Of a stretch of 51,299 nt of DNA, positions 1-9,536 are shown piece after piece; position 1 is the first letter of the stretch, and every line of letters starts with the position of its first letter. A program made the position numbers and the translations under genes. The stretch lies in contig MEIE01000004.1 of the NCBI GenBank assembly GCA_001750625.1, positions 1 to 51,299 of the forward strand. The letters run 5' to 3'. This DNA comes from Candidatus Amphirhobacter heronislandensis (GTDB lineage Bacteria; Pseudomonadota; Gammaproteobacteria; Tethybacterales; Tethybacteraceae). The notes beneath the pieces were generated by a model. It searched no databases. It had not been told where the DNA came from and worked only from the letters and a program-made list of their open reading frames with translations.

Positions 1-218
1 TCAAGCGCCTGGTCGGGACCGAAGGCGGCATGTGCCGGCTGCTCAGCCTGCGGCTGCGCGAGGACTGCTTTTACAGGTTCATCAAGGCGGTCGGCAACTA
101 CGGCGAGTCCTATGAGCGCCACGTCGGCGAGAACACGATCCTGCGCCTCAAGCGCGACGGCTCGCCCAACCAGCTCTGGTCCAAAGGCGGCATCCTCTAC
201 GCTCCGCCCCTGCGCTAG
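1..218 (+). CDS. amino-acid ABC transporter periplasmic substrate-binding protein (AapJ/BztA-like), 3' fragment cut by the window edge
   Basis: The ORF runs off the left edge and stops at TAG 216-218. Its C-terminal peptide ..[42 protein letters not shown] resembles the conserved AapJ-type C-terminus (..VGNYGEIFERNVG..ALW..GGIQYAPPVR), recalled from memory. Confidence 0.6.
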   Translation, partial: KRLVGTEGGMCRLLSLRLREDCFYRFIKAVGNYGESYERHVGENTILRLKRDGSPNQLWSKGGILYAPPLR

Positions 219-222
219 GGCG

Positions 223-636
223 ATGGCCGACGGCGACGACCGGGTCGACAAGTCCCCCGCCGAATGGCGGGCGGAGCTCAAGCCGGAAGTCTACCGCGTC
301 ACCCGGGAACAGGGCACCGAGCCGCCCTTTTCGGGCATCTACAACGCCTGCAAGGATAAGGGCATGTACCGCTGCGCCTGCTGCGCGGCGCCTCTGTTCA
401 GCTCGGCCGACAAGTTCGACTCGGGCACCGGCTGGCCGAGCTACGTGCGGCCGGCGGCGGCCGCGGCGGTGAAGGAGGTCCCGGACGATTCGCACGGCAT
501 GCGCCGCGTCGAGGTGGTCTGCGCCCGCTGCGACGCGCACCTGGGCCACGTCTTCGACGACGGCCCGGCGCCGACCGGCCAGCGCTACTGCATCAACTCG
601 CTCGCCCTCGACCTGGAGGCCGGCGGCGATGCTTAA
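223..636 (+). CDS. msrB: peptide-methionine (R)-S-oxide reductase MsrB
   Basis: ATG 223 is the first start after the upstream stop; the track start at 112 overlaps the previous gene. It has two CxxC zinc pairs ([23 protein letters not shown]) and the catalytic RYCINS motif. Confidence 0.9.
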   Translation: MADGDDRVDKSPAEWRAELKPEVYRVTREQGTEPPFSGIYNACKDKGMYRCACCAAPLFSSADKFDSGTGWPSYVRPAAAAAVKEVPDDSHGMRRVEVVCARCDAHLGHVFDDGPAPTGQRYCINSLALDLEAGGDA

Positions 637-1177
637 GTTCGTCGCGGACCTGGGGCCGCTGGCGGCTTTCTTCGCGGCCTACGCCTACAGCGGCGACCTC
701 AAGACCGCGGTCGTCGTGCTGATGGTCACGATGACGATGGGATCGGCCGCGCTGCTGCTCCGGCGCCATCCCGAGCGCAAGGTCCACATGTGGTCGACGG
801 CGCTGGTGCTGGGCTTCGGCGTCCTGACGCTGCTGCTGGACGACCCGCTGTACATCAAGCTCAAGCCGACGGCGCTGTACCTGGGCCTGGCGGCGGCGCT
901 GCTCGCGAGCCTGGCGCTGGGCCGCAACCCGGTGGCCGCCCTGCTCGCGAAGGCCCTGCCGCAGGTGCCGCGCGCCGGCTGGAAGGGCGCCGCGCTGCTG
1001 TGGACCGGCTTCATGGCGGTGCTGGCGGCGCTCAACCTGTACGTCGCCTTCAGCTTCAGCGAGGCGAACTGGGTGGCGTTCAAGACCTTCGCGCTGCCGC
1101 TGCTGAGCTTCGTGTTCATCTGCGGCCACTGCGGCTGGCTCGCGTACCGCCACCGCGGCGATGGCGGACGCGGCTGA
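629..1177 (+). CDS. yciB: intracellular septation protein A (YciB/IspZ family)
   Basis: A 182-aa polytopic membrane protein. The N-terminus [20 protein letters not shown] and the overall layout are typical of YciB. It overlaps msrB by 8 nt. Confidence 0.8.
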   Translation: MLKFVADLGPLAAFFAAYAYSGDLKTAVVVLMVTMTMGSAALLLRRHPERKVHMWSTALVLGFGVLTLLLDDPLYIKLKPTALYLGLAAALLASLALGRNPVAALLAKALPQVPRAGWKGAALLWTGFMAVLAALNLYVAFSFSEANWVAFKTFALPLLSFVFICGHCGWLAYRHRGDGGRG

Positions 1178-1418
1178 GCTCGTCACCGCGCGGCTGCGGG
1201 AGCGGCTGCGGCCGGCGCGGCTGGAGGTCGAGGATCTCAGCGACGAGCATCTGGGCCACGCCGAGGCGGGCCGCGGCGCGCACCTGCGGCTGCGGATCAG
1301 CGCGGCCGGCTTCGCCGGCCTCAGCGAGCTCGAGCGCCACCGCCTGGTTTACAATTGCTTGGGCGACCTTGAAAAGCTCGGCGTCCACGCCCTGGCCATC
1401 ACGGCCCTGAGCGACTGA
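1161..1418 (+). CDS. BolA family protein
   Basis: 85 aa with the BolA-type pattern LEVEDLSDEHLGH..GAHLRLRISAAGFAGLSELERHRLVY. It overlaps the yciB end by 17 nt. Confidence 0.75.
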   Translation: MADAAELVTARLRERLRPARLEVEDLSDEHLGHAEAGRGAHLRLRISAAGFAGLSELERHRLVYNCLGDLEKLGVHALAITALSD

Positions 1419-1461
1419 ATCCATCCTCCCCTTCCCCTCTCGCACAACAAGAGAACGATCC

Positions 1462-2922
1462 ATGCACATGTCAAGAATCCTGGCGCCGGCCGCGCTGCTG
1501 CTGGCGGGCGTCGCCCTCGCCCAGGACAACGCCGCCAAGGCGGAGCTGGGCGTCGACACCTACGCCGTCATCAACGGCGAGGAGATTCCCTTCGCGGTGG
1601 TCCAGGAGCTGATCGGCGCCAACCCGCAGGTCGGCGGCGAACAGCTGAACGCCATCCTGCGCCGCTTCGTGTCGAGCATCGTCCTGTCGCAGGAAGCCCG
1701 GCGCCTGGAGTACGACCAGGACGAGGAATACCTCGCCAACCTCGCGCTGATGAAAGAGCGCATCGCCTTCCACAGCTTCGCCCGGGAGCTGGGGCCGAGC
1801 ATCGACGTCAGCGAAGAGGAGGTCAAGGCCCGCTACGACCGCGCCATCGAGGAGCGCGCCGGCACGCTGGAATACGATTCCTTCCACATCCTCGTCGCGA
1901 CCGAAGAAGAGGCGCAAAGCCTGCTCGACGAAGCCGGCGGCGATCCCGACGAGTTCATGCGGCTGGCCCGGACGAGCTCGATCGACACCGGCTCGGGCGC
2001 CAACGGCGGCTACCTGGGCTGGAGCATCACCGCGAGCTTCGTGCCCGAGTTCGCGGCGGCGGTCGCGGCGATCGAGCCCGGCGGCTTTTCGGCCGAGCCG
2101 GTCGAAAGCCAGTTCGGCTGGCACATCATCCACGTCCGCGACCGCCGCGAGATGACGATGCCCGAATTCACCCCGGCGGAAGCCGAGAAGATCAAAGGCC
2201 AGCTGGAGGCCGAATACGCGAACAACGAGGCGCGCCGGCTGCTCGAGGAGCACGGCCAGCCGGAGGACCTGGAGCTGATCGGCCAGACGGCCGGCGGCTC
2301 CGCCTTCGCCACGGCGGTGGGCAAGGCGGCCCTGGCCTCGGGCCGCTACAACGAGCTTGAGCGCTTCAAGATCCTGGAGCGGATCGCCGAGTACCAGCTG
2401 CTGCCCCGGATCTACATCGCGGGCGTGGTGGAGAACACCCCCATCTCCGAAGAAGAGGTGCAGGCGCGCTACGACCTGATCGCGGCGGAACGGGCCAACG
2501 AAGAGGAGCACCGGATGTACCAGCTGGCCTTCCCGAGCGAGGAAGCCGCCACGCAGGCCCTCGCGAGCCTGGCCGGCAAGCCGGACGACTTCAAGGAGCT
2601 GGCGGTGCTGAACGACGCCACCCCCGAAGACAGCGACAACGTCTTCTGGGTGCACCCGGCGACCCACCCGGCGCCGGGCGTCGCCGCGCTCGCCGCCGAG
2701 CTCGCGGACGGCGAAATCGGCCCCGAGCCGATCCTCACCGAGGATGGATGGGTGCTGCTGTACCGCGATTCGTCGCGGCCTTACGAGCTGCCGCCCTTGG
2801 ACGACAGCAACCGCGAGCTCATCATCCAGACCCTGCAGACCGACCTCATCGAAGAGACCATCGGCGGCCTGATGGAAAAGGCCGAGATCACGATCAACAA
2901 CGCCGAAGGCGGCGCCGGCTAG
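1462..2922 (+). CDS. secreted peptidyl-prolyl cis-trans isomerase with two tandem parvulin (PpiC-type) modules, the second degenerate
   Basis: It has a signal peptide (MHMSRILAPAALLLAGVALAQ). The first module carries the parvulin hallmarks FHILV...GGYLGW...FGWHIIHV. The second module is homologous (ISEEEVQARYD.. / ..DGWVLLY) but lacks both His residues. Confidence 0.8.
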   Translation: MHMSRILAPAALLLAGVALAQDNAAKAELGVDTYAVINGEEIPFAVVQELIGANPQVGGEQLNAILRRFVSSIVLSQEARRLEYDQDEEYLANLALMKERIAFHSFARELGPSIDVSEEEVKARYDRAIEERAGTLEYDSFHILVATEEEAQSLLDEAGGDPDEFMRLARTSSIDTGSGANGGYLGWSITASFVPEFAAAVAAIEPGGFSAEPVESQFGWHIIHVRDRREMTMPEFTPAEAEKIKGQLEAEYANNEARRLLEEHGQPEDLELIGQTAGGSAFATAVGKAALASGRYNELERFKILERIAEYQLLPRIYIAGVVENTPISEEEVQARYDLIAAERANEEEHRMYQLAFPSEEAATQALASLAGKPDDFKELAVLNDATPEDSDNVFWVHPATHPAPGVAALAAELADGEIGPEPILTEDGWVLLYRDSSRPYELPPLDDSNRELIIQTLQTDLIEETIGGLMEKAEITINNAEGGAG

Positions 2923-3668
2923 TCGCCGGCCGCGGCCGGCGGACAGGTCCAGGCGCCGAGGACCGGCCCCTGCCCCGCCCGCTGCAGGATGACGGCGCAG
3001 CCGTGGCCCGGCGGCGGCGGCGGCAGCTCGAGGCTGAGGACGCCGGCGAGCGCGCCGGCGCGCTCGAGGACGGTGACCACGTTGTGGTTGCGCAGGATCT
3101 TGCCCTTGTTCTCGCCGCCGGCGATGGCGGTCTCGGTCTCCTTGAGGTAGACGACGCGCAGCGCCTCGACCGGCCCCGCCGCGTCCAGGCCGCCGCGGGC
3201 CTCGGCGGTCCAGCCGCCGCCGGCCCGGGGCCGCATGCTGACCGTCGCAGCCACCGGCACCGCCTGGGCGTCGGCGATGGCGGCGTCGATGCGGCGGCGG
3301 GAGGTGCCCGAGGCGCTGGAGGCGCCCTGGACCACCATCTGCGGCGTGAAGACGCCGCTGCGGAAGGCGTAGGCGCGCTGCCGCCGGCTGTAGGCCGGCG
3401 ACGACCAGGGATCCTCCCAGCTCGAGCCCCAGTAGACCAGGTCGTCCCAGTAGTCGACGTGCAGCTCAAGGGCGAGGACGTCGTCCCGCCCCAGGTAGCG
3501 CTCGGCGAGCAGGTCCTCGGCCGGCGGACAGGAATAGCAGCCCTGGGAAGTGAACAGCTCGAGCAGCACCTTGGGCTCGGCGGCGGCCAGCGGCGCCAGC
3601 AGCAGCAGAGCCGGGACCGGCAGCAAAAAGCGTAAAATCCCCATCCTAGCAAGTTTAACCGACGCCAT
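2919..3668 (-). CDS. DUF1223 domain-containing secreted protein
   Basis: LELFTSQGCYSCPPAE...LELHVDYWD...FTPQMVVQG is the DUF1223 pattern. I prefer ATG 3668 because GGAG lies 6 nt upstream. ATG 3644 and the track start 3692 remain possible. A signal peptide follows (..FLLPVPALLLLAPLAAA/EP). Confidence 0.75.
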   Translation of the reverse strand: MASVKLARMGILRFLLPVPALLLLAPLAAAEPKVLLELFTSQGCYSCPPAEDLLAERYLGRDDVLALELHVDYWDDLVYWGSSWEDPWSSPAYSRRQRAYAFRSGVFTPQMVVQGASSASGTSRRRIDAAIADAQAVPVAATVSMRPRAGGGWTAEARGGLDAAGPVEALRVVYLKETETAIAGGENKGKILRNHNVVTVLERAGALAGVLSLELPPPPPGHGCAVILQRAGQGPVLGAWTCPPAAAGD

Positions 3669-5043
3669 GTCCCGCTCCGCCGCCGCCGCCAAGCCTGGTT
3701 CCTACGACTCGACCAGCCTGAAGAACTTCCTCGCGGGCTTCGAGCGGCGCAACCCTCAGGAGCCCGAGTTCCAGCAGGCGGTGCGCGAGGTCGCGCACGA
3801 CGTCTTCCCCTATCTGGCCGAGCACTCGGAATTCACCGACAAGCTGGTGTTCGAGCGCATGACCGAGCCCGACCGCATCATCGTCTTCCGCGTCTCGTGG
3901 GAGGACGACGCCGGCAACATGCGCATCAACCGCGGCTACCGGGTCCAGTTCAACAACTCGATCGGCCCCTACAAGGGCGGCCTGCGCTTCCATGCGAGCG
4001 TCAACCTGTCGATCATCAAGTTCCTCGCCTTCGAGCAGACCTTCAAGAACTCGCTGACGACCCTGCCGCTGGGCGCGGCCAAGGGCGGCGCGGACTTCAA
4101 CCCGCACGGCAAGTCCGACGCGGAGATCGCCCGCTTCTGCAAGGCCTTCATGACCGAGCTGCACCGCTTCATCGGCCCGAACGTCGACGTCCCGGCCGGC
4201 GACATCGGCGTCGGCGGCCGCGAGATCGGCTACCTGTTCGGCCAGTACAAGCGCCTGACCGGCGAGTTCGCCTCGGGCACGATCACCGGCAAGGGCCTGG
4301 AGTACGGCGGCTCGCTGGTGCGCACCGAGGCGACCGGCTTCGGCACCGTCTATTTCGCCGAGCACATGCTCAACCACCGCGGCGACAGCCTCAAGGGCCT
4401 CAGGTGCTGCGTCTCGGGCGCGGGCAACGTCGCGCTGCACTGCGCGCTCAAGCTCAGCGAGATGGGGGCCAAGGTCCTGACCCTGTCGGATTCGTCGGGC
4501 TTCATCCACGACCCGGACGGCTTCGACCGCACCAAGATCGAGGAGCTGCACGAGATCAAGTTCGGCAAGCGCGCGAGCGTCGGCGCCTACGTCAAGAAGC
4601 ATCCCAAGGCCAGCTTCCACGCCGGCAAGCGCCCCTGGGGGGTCAAGTGCGACGCCGCCTTCCCCTGCGCGACCCAGAACGAGATCTCCCTGGACGAGGC
4701 CAAGAAGCTGGTCGCCAACGGCTGCCAGCTGGTCTCCGAAGGCGCCAACATGCCGTCGGAGGAAAAGGCCATGCAGCTGTTCCGCAAGAAGATCCTGTTC
4801 GGCCCGGCCAAGGCCGCGAACGCCGGCGGGGTGGCGGTTTCCGGCCTCGAGATGAGCCAGAACACCATGCGCCTGAACTGGACCGAGGCTGAATTAGACA
4901 GCAGACTCAAAGAGATAATGCAGGACATTCACAACCAGTGTCTGGAGTACGGCGGCGGCGGCCGGCGGATCGACTACGTCCGCGGCGCCAACCTGGCGGG
5001 ATTCGTCCGCGTGGGACGGGCGATGCTCGCCCACGGCGTTTGA
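3667..5043 (+). CDS. gdhA: NADP-specific glutamate dehydrogenase
   Basis: Full-length similarity to GdhA: ..EFQQAVREV.., [48 protein letters not shown]. ATG 3667 matches the E. coli GdhA N-terminal spacing; the track start 3550 runs through the divergent neighbour. Confidence 0.92.
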   Translation: [458 protein letters not shown]

Positions 5044-5119
5044 TTTACGCCGGCGAGGAATTTTGTTATAAAATAAGGGCGGCGAACGGATGAATCTTCA
5101 TCTCTCGGGAGAAAGCTAA

Positions 5120-6016
5120 ATGTCGAGCAACACCAATATCCTCATTCTCGGCGCGTCCGGCATGACGGGCGAAGAGACGGTAAAGATCCTGACCCAGGCC
5201 GGCTTCCCGGTGCGGGTCACCTACCGGGAGATATCGGAGCTGACGAAGCTGCGCCACTACGCTTTCGAGGACATCCACGCCGACTACAACGACGTCGAGT
5301 CGCTGAAAAAGGCGATGGACGGAATCGAGCGGGTCTTCGTGATCCAGCCGGTGACCGAAAACATGATCCAGCATTCGCAGAACATCTGCGAAGCGGCCAA
5401 GTCCGCCGGCGTCTCGCACGTGATCCGGATCTCCAACATGGTGACCGGCCCGGACATCCCGTCGGAGATCGCCAAGATGCACTACGAATCCGACGAGATG
5501 CTCAAGGCCCTGGGGGTGAACTACACCATCGTCAAGGGCGCGAACTATTACCAGAACATGCTGTTTTCGAGCCTGACGATCATCCGGCACGGCAATTTCG
5601 CGCTGCCGCTGGGCACGGCGACGGTCTCGCAGGTGGACGCCCGCGACATCGCGCTGGTCGGCGCCCACGCCCTGGTGGACGAGGGCCACGAGAACAAGGA
5701 GTACACCATCACCGGCCCGGCGGCGATGACGATGCACGTGGTGGCGCGCAAGCTCAGCCGCTGCATCAACAAGGAGATCCGCTTCATCCCGGTCGAGCCG
5801 CGCATGGCGACCCAGGTGTTCCGGGACAACGGCCTGCCCGACTGGAGCGCCGAGGCCATCGGCAAGATGTTCATCGAGTACGCCAGCGGCAAGTACAAGT
5901 TCGTGACCCACGACTTCAAGAAAATCACCCAGCAGGACCCGCGCACCTACGAAGGCTTCTTCGCCGACTACCGCGATTCGTTCCTGCGCGAAACCATCAC
6001 CCCCTTGGGATCCTAG
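5120..6016 (+). CDS. NmrA-like / atypical SDR NAD(P)H-binding protein
   Basis: N-terminal Rossmann motif NILILGASGMTGEE; about 300 aa with an NmrA-like layout. GC is visibly lower than in the flanks. Confidence 0.65.
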   Translation: MSSNTNILILGASGMTGEETVKILTQAGFPVRVTYREISELTKLRHYAFEDIHADYNDVESLKKAMDGIERVFVIQPVTENMIQHSQNICEAAKSAGVSHVIRISNMVTGPDIPSEIAKMHYESDEMLKALGVNYTIVKGANYYQNMLFSSLTIIRHGNFALPLGTATVSQVDARDIALVGAHALVDEGHENKEYTITGPAAMTMHVVARKLSRCINKEIRFIPVEPRMATQVFRDNGLPDWSAEAIGKMFIEYASGKYKFVTHDFKKITQQDPRTYEGFFADYRDSFLRETITPLGS

Positions 6017-6043
6017 CCGGGCGGCGACGCCCCGAACAACGTC

Positions 6044-7099
6044 TTGTGGCGGATCGCCGGCTTGTCGCGCAAGCCGCGCCTGCTGCTGGCCCTGCTGCTC
6101 GGCGCGGCGGCGCTGGCGGCGTCTCTCCTGCTCGGCCGGGCGGCCTGGGAACGGCATGAGCAGCGCCAGTGGGACGAGTACGCCGCGGCGCCGATCGCGG
6201 CCCCGCAGCCGATGATCGTCGCAGCGCCGGCCGGCGCCACGATGCAGCAGGTCGCAGCGGGCCTGGCCGCCGCCGGCGCGGTGGCGGACGAGCGCCGCTT
6301 CAGCGGCCTGGCGCGGCGCCTGGGGCAGGACCGCTCGATCAAGGCGGGGCAGTACCGCCTCGAGCCGGGCATGAGCCACGCCGCGGCCCTGGAAAAGATG
6401 GTGGCCGGCGAGGTCGAGCAGGCGCGGTTCGCGATCGTGGAGGGGCTGCGCTTCGCCGACGTGCTGGCGCGGCTGGCGGCCGAGCCGGCGTTCACCCGCA
6501 CCCTGAGCGACCTGCGGCCCGCCGCGGCCTGGCAGGAGCTGGGCTTCGAAGCCGAAGGCGGCTACGAGGGCATGCTGTATCCGGACACCTACCTCCTCGA
6601 TTACGGCACCAGCGACCGGGAGCTGCTGGGACAGGCCCACCGCCGGATGGCCGCGCTGCTGGACGAGCAGTGGCGGCGGCGGGCCGCCGAGCTGCCGCTG
6701 GCGAGCCCGCACGAGGCGCTGGTGCTGGCGTCGATAATCGAAAAGGAGACCGGCGTCGCTGGCGAGCGGGCGCTGATAGCCTCGGTCTTCCACAACCGGC
6801 TGCGGCTGGGCATGCGCCTGCAGTCCGACCCGACGGTGATCTACGGCATCGAGGATTTCGACGGCAACCTGACCCGCGCCCATCTCCAGCAGGACCATCC
6901 GCACAACACCTACACCCGCAAGGGCCTGCCGCCGACGCCGATCGCGATTCCGAGCGTCGCCGCGGTCGAAGCGGCGCTGCAGCCCTTGGACAGCGACTAC
7001 CTGTACTTCGTCGCCGACGGCAGCGGCGGCCATCATTTCTCCCGGACCCTGCGCGAGCACAACAACGCGGTCAACCGCTACCAGAGGAACCGGCGATGA
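6044..7099 (+). CDS. mltG: endolytic murein transglycosylase MltG (YceG family)
   Basis: TTG start and an N-terminal TM anchor. YceG motifs are present: ASIIEKETGVAGER..IASVFHNRL..MRLQSDPTVIYG, YNTYTRKGLPPTPIAIPS, YLYFVADGSGGHHFS. The mltG-tmk-holB-ycfH order matches E. coli. Confidence 0.9.
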   Translation: MWRIAGLSRKPRLLLALLLGAAALAASLLLGRAAWERHEQRQWDEYAAAPIAAPQPMIVAAPAGATMQQVAAGLAAAGAVADERRFSGLARRLGQDRSIKAGQYRLEPGMSHAAALEKMVAGEVEQARFAIVEGLRFADVLARLAAEPAFTRTLSDLRPAAAWQELGFEAEGGYEGMLYPDTYLLDYGTSDRELLGQAHRRMAALLDEQWRRRAAELPLASPHEALVLASIIEKETGVAGERALIASVFHNRLRLGMRLQSDPTVIYGIEDFDGNLTRAHLQQDHPHNTYTRKGLPPTPIAIPSVAAVEAALQPLDSDYLYFVADGSGGHHFSRTLREHNNAVNRYQRNRR

Positions 7100-7731
7100 G
7101 CAATGGGCGGCCCAGCCGCTTCATCACCTTCGAGGGCATCGACCACAGCGGCAAGAGCACCCAGGCCAAGCAGCTCAAGCGCAGCCTCGACCAGGAGGGC
7201 ATCCGCTGCATCGTCACGGCCGAGCCCGGCGGCTCGGGGCAGCTGGGCGTGGAGATCCGCCGGCTGATGATGGATTCGAACATCAAGCGCGACGAGCTGA
7301 CCGCGGCGCTGATGTTCAACGCCGACCGCCACGAGCACGTCCGCAACATCATCAAGCCCACCCTGGCGAACGGCACCTGGGTGATCTGCGACCGTTTCTA
7401 CGATTCGACCATGGCCTACCAGGGCGCGGGCGGCATGGTCGACAGCGCGATCCTCGAGCAGCTCACCGCCATCGTCTGCGAGGGCATGAAGCCGGACCTG
7501 ACCATCCTCATGCACAACACCCTCCGGGAGCAGCGCGGCGGCGGGGCGCGGCTGGACTACTACGAGCAGGAGCACAAGTCCTTTGAGCAGCGCGTGAGCG
7601 ACTATTTCCTGGAGGCGGCGAAGCGGGAGAGCGACCGCTTCGTGGTGGTCGAGGAAGCCGGCACGATCGAGCGGGTCGGCGAGCGGATCTTCGCCGAGGT
7701 CAAGAAGCGTTTTCTGACGCCGGATTCATGA
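7096..7731 (+). CDS. tmk: thymidylate kinase
   Basis: ATG 7096 overlaps the mltG stop (ATGA). P-loop FITFEGIDHSGKSTQ, then ..TAEPGGS..; about 211 aa. Only the last third of the 520-aa track ORF is real. Confidence 0.9.
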   Translation: MSNGRPSRFITFEGIDHSGKSTQAKQLKRSLDQEGIRCIVTAEPGGSGQLGVEIRRLMMDSNIKRDELTAALMFNADRHEHVRNIIKPTLANGTWVICDRFYDSTMAYQGAGGMVDSAILEQLTAIVCEGMKPDLTILMHNTLREQRGGGARLDYYEQEHKSFEQRVSDYFLEAAKRESDRFVVVEEAGTIERVGERIFAEVKKRFLTPDS

Positions 7732-8753
7732 CGGCGGCGGCGGGCGCCGAGCTGCGCCGCCTGGCGGCGGCCCCCCTGCCCTGGCACGCCGGCTACGTCC
7801 GCGAGCGCCTGGCCAAGGGCCTGCCGGCGGCGCTGCTGGTCCAGGGCCGGCTGAGCGACGGCCTCGAGCCGCTGTGCCTGCATCTCGCGCAGGCGGAGCT
7901 GTCCCGCGGCGGAGAAGGCGACGAGGCGCTCCTGCGCGAAGGCACCCATCCGGACCTGCACTACGTGAGCCAGGAAGAAAGCGCCGCCAAGAAGCTGCGC
8001 TACGACATCGTCATCGCCCAGGTCCGCCGGCTCGCGCAGGACGCGAACCTGACGCCGGCGCGGGCGGCGGGGCGCGTCTGCGTGATCGCGCCGGCCTGCC
8101 ATCTGAACCGCAGCGCGGCCGACGCCCTGCTCAAGATCCTCGAAGAGCCCCACCGCCAGCTGCGCTTCATCCTCGGCTGCGAGCGCATCGCGCAGCTGCC
8201 GGCGACCATCCGCAGCCGCTGCGTCCTCAACGTGCCGCCGCGCCCGACCGCGGAACAGGCCGCCGCCTGGCTGCGGGCCGAAGGCATCGAGAACGCCGAG
8301 CCCGCCCTGGAGGCGGGCGGCAACGCCCCTCTGCTGGCCTGGGAGCATTACAAGAGCCAGGCGGTCGCGGGCAAGGCCAAGGACTTCGCCGCGGCCGCGG
8401 CCAGCTACCACGAGCTGCTGGCCAAGGCCCACCGCAGGCTGATGGACGTCTGCACGGGCAAGAAGGACGCGAACGCGCCCGAGCTCACGACCAAGCAGGG
8501 CGTCGCGCCGGCGGTCTGGCTGGCGTGGGCGCAGGACTGGGCCGCGGCGGGCGCGCGGCTGAGCATGGGCCTGCCGGCGGCGAGCGCGGCCGGCGAGCGC
8601 GTCATCGGCCGCGGCCGCGCCCGGCCCGGCGCCTGGATGGAACTGCAGCGCGAACTGCAGCGCCTGCGCCAGCTGGCGCGGCACGAGATCAACCGGCAGC
8701 TGCTGCTGGAGAAAGTGGCGGCGGCCTTCCGCCTGCTTGGCGATGCTGGTTGA
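7728..8753 (+). CDS. holB: DNA polymerase III subunit delta'
   Basis: ATGA overlap with tmk. It has the ADALLKILEEP motif and the conserved position after tmk. Confidence 0.8.
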   Translation: MTAAAGAELRRLAAAPLPWHAGYVRERLAKGLPAALLVQGRLSDGLEPLCLHLAQAELSRGGEGDEALLREGTHPDLHYVSQEESAAKKLRYDIVIAQVRRLAQDANLTPARAAGRVCVIAPACHLNRSAADALLKILEEPHRQLRFILGCERIAQLPATIRSRCVLNVPPRPTAEQAAAWLRAEGIENAEPALEAGGNAPLLAWEHYKSQAVAGKAKDFAAAAASYHELLAKAHRRLMDVCTGKKDANAPELTTKQGVAPAVWLAWAQDWAAAGARLSMGLPAASAAGERVIGRGRARPGAWMELQRELQRLRQLARHEINRQLLLEKVAAAFRLLGDAG

Positions 8754-9528
8754 TTCGCACTGCCATCTGCATTACCCGCCGCTGCGCGAGCGGCTGGACG
8801 AGGCGGTGGCGGCGATGGCGGCCGCCGGCGTCGCCCAGGCGCTGACGGTCTGCACCGAGCTCGACGAGGTCCCGCTGCTGCGCGAAATGATGGACGCCCA
8901 CCCCGGCCGCCTCTACGCCTCGGCGGGCGTCCATCCGGGGACCGACCGCGCGGCGGACTGCGGCTACGACCGGCTGCTCGAGCTCGCGCGCAGCCATCCG
9001 GGCATCAAGGCCATCGGCGAGTGCGGCCTGGACTTCCACCATGACGGGCCCGAGGCCAGGGCCTGGCAGGATCCCCGCTTCGCGACCCAGATCGAGGCCG
9101 CGATCGCGGCGGACCTGCCGCTGATCGTGCACACGCGCGCAACCATCGACGAGTGCCTGGAGCTGCTCAAGCCCGCCTGCGCCCGCGGCCTGCGCGGCGT
9201 GCTGCACTGCTTCACCGGCACCTGGGAGCAGGCGAGCGCGGCGCTGGACATGGGGCTGATGCTGTCCTTCACCGGCATCGTCACCTTCAAAAAGGCGGGC
9301 GAGCTGCGCCACGTCGCCGCGCGGATGCCGCTGGAGCGGCTGATGATCGAGACCGACGCGCCCTATCTGGCGCCCGAGCCCCACCGCGGCAAGACCAACG
9401 AGCCCGCCCTGCTCCCGCACATCGCGGCGGCCATCGCGACGGCGCGCGGCGTCGAGCCTGGCGAACTGGGGGCCGCGACGGCGGCGAACGCCCGCGATTT
9501 CTTCAAGCTGGAGCCGGCGCCGGCCTGA
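8737..9528 (+). CDS. ycfH: TatD-family metal-dependent hydrolase (YcfH)
   Basis: MLVDSHCHL.., ..IGECGLDFHH.., LPLIVHTR, VLHCFTG, ETDAPYL. It sits after holB as in E. coli. Confidence 0.9.
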   Translation: MAMLVDSHCHLHYPPLRERLDEAVAAMAAAGVAQALTVCTELDEVPLLREMMDAHPGRLYASAGVHPGTDRAADCGYDRLLELARSHPGIKAIGECGLDFHHDGPEARAWQDPRFATQIEAAIAADLPLIVHTRATIDECLELLKPACARGLRGVLHCFTGTWEQASAALDMGLMLSFTGIVTFKKAGELRHVAARMPLERLMIETDAPYLAPEPHRGKTNEPALLPHIAAAIATARGVEPGELGAATAANARDFFKLEPAPA

Positions 9529-9536
9529 CCGGCGGC

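Noticed and set aside
5066-7731. 664-aa minus-strand ORF (5066..7060) and 520-aa plus-strand ORF (6169..7731)
   Set aside because: The first is antisense to the NmrA-like gene and mltG. Only the last ~211 codons of the second (tmk, from ATG 7096) are real.
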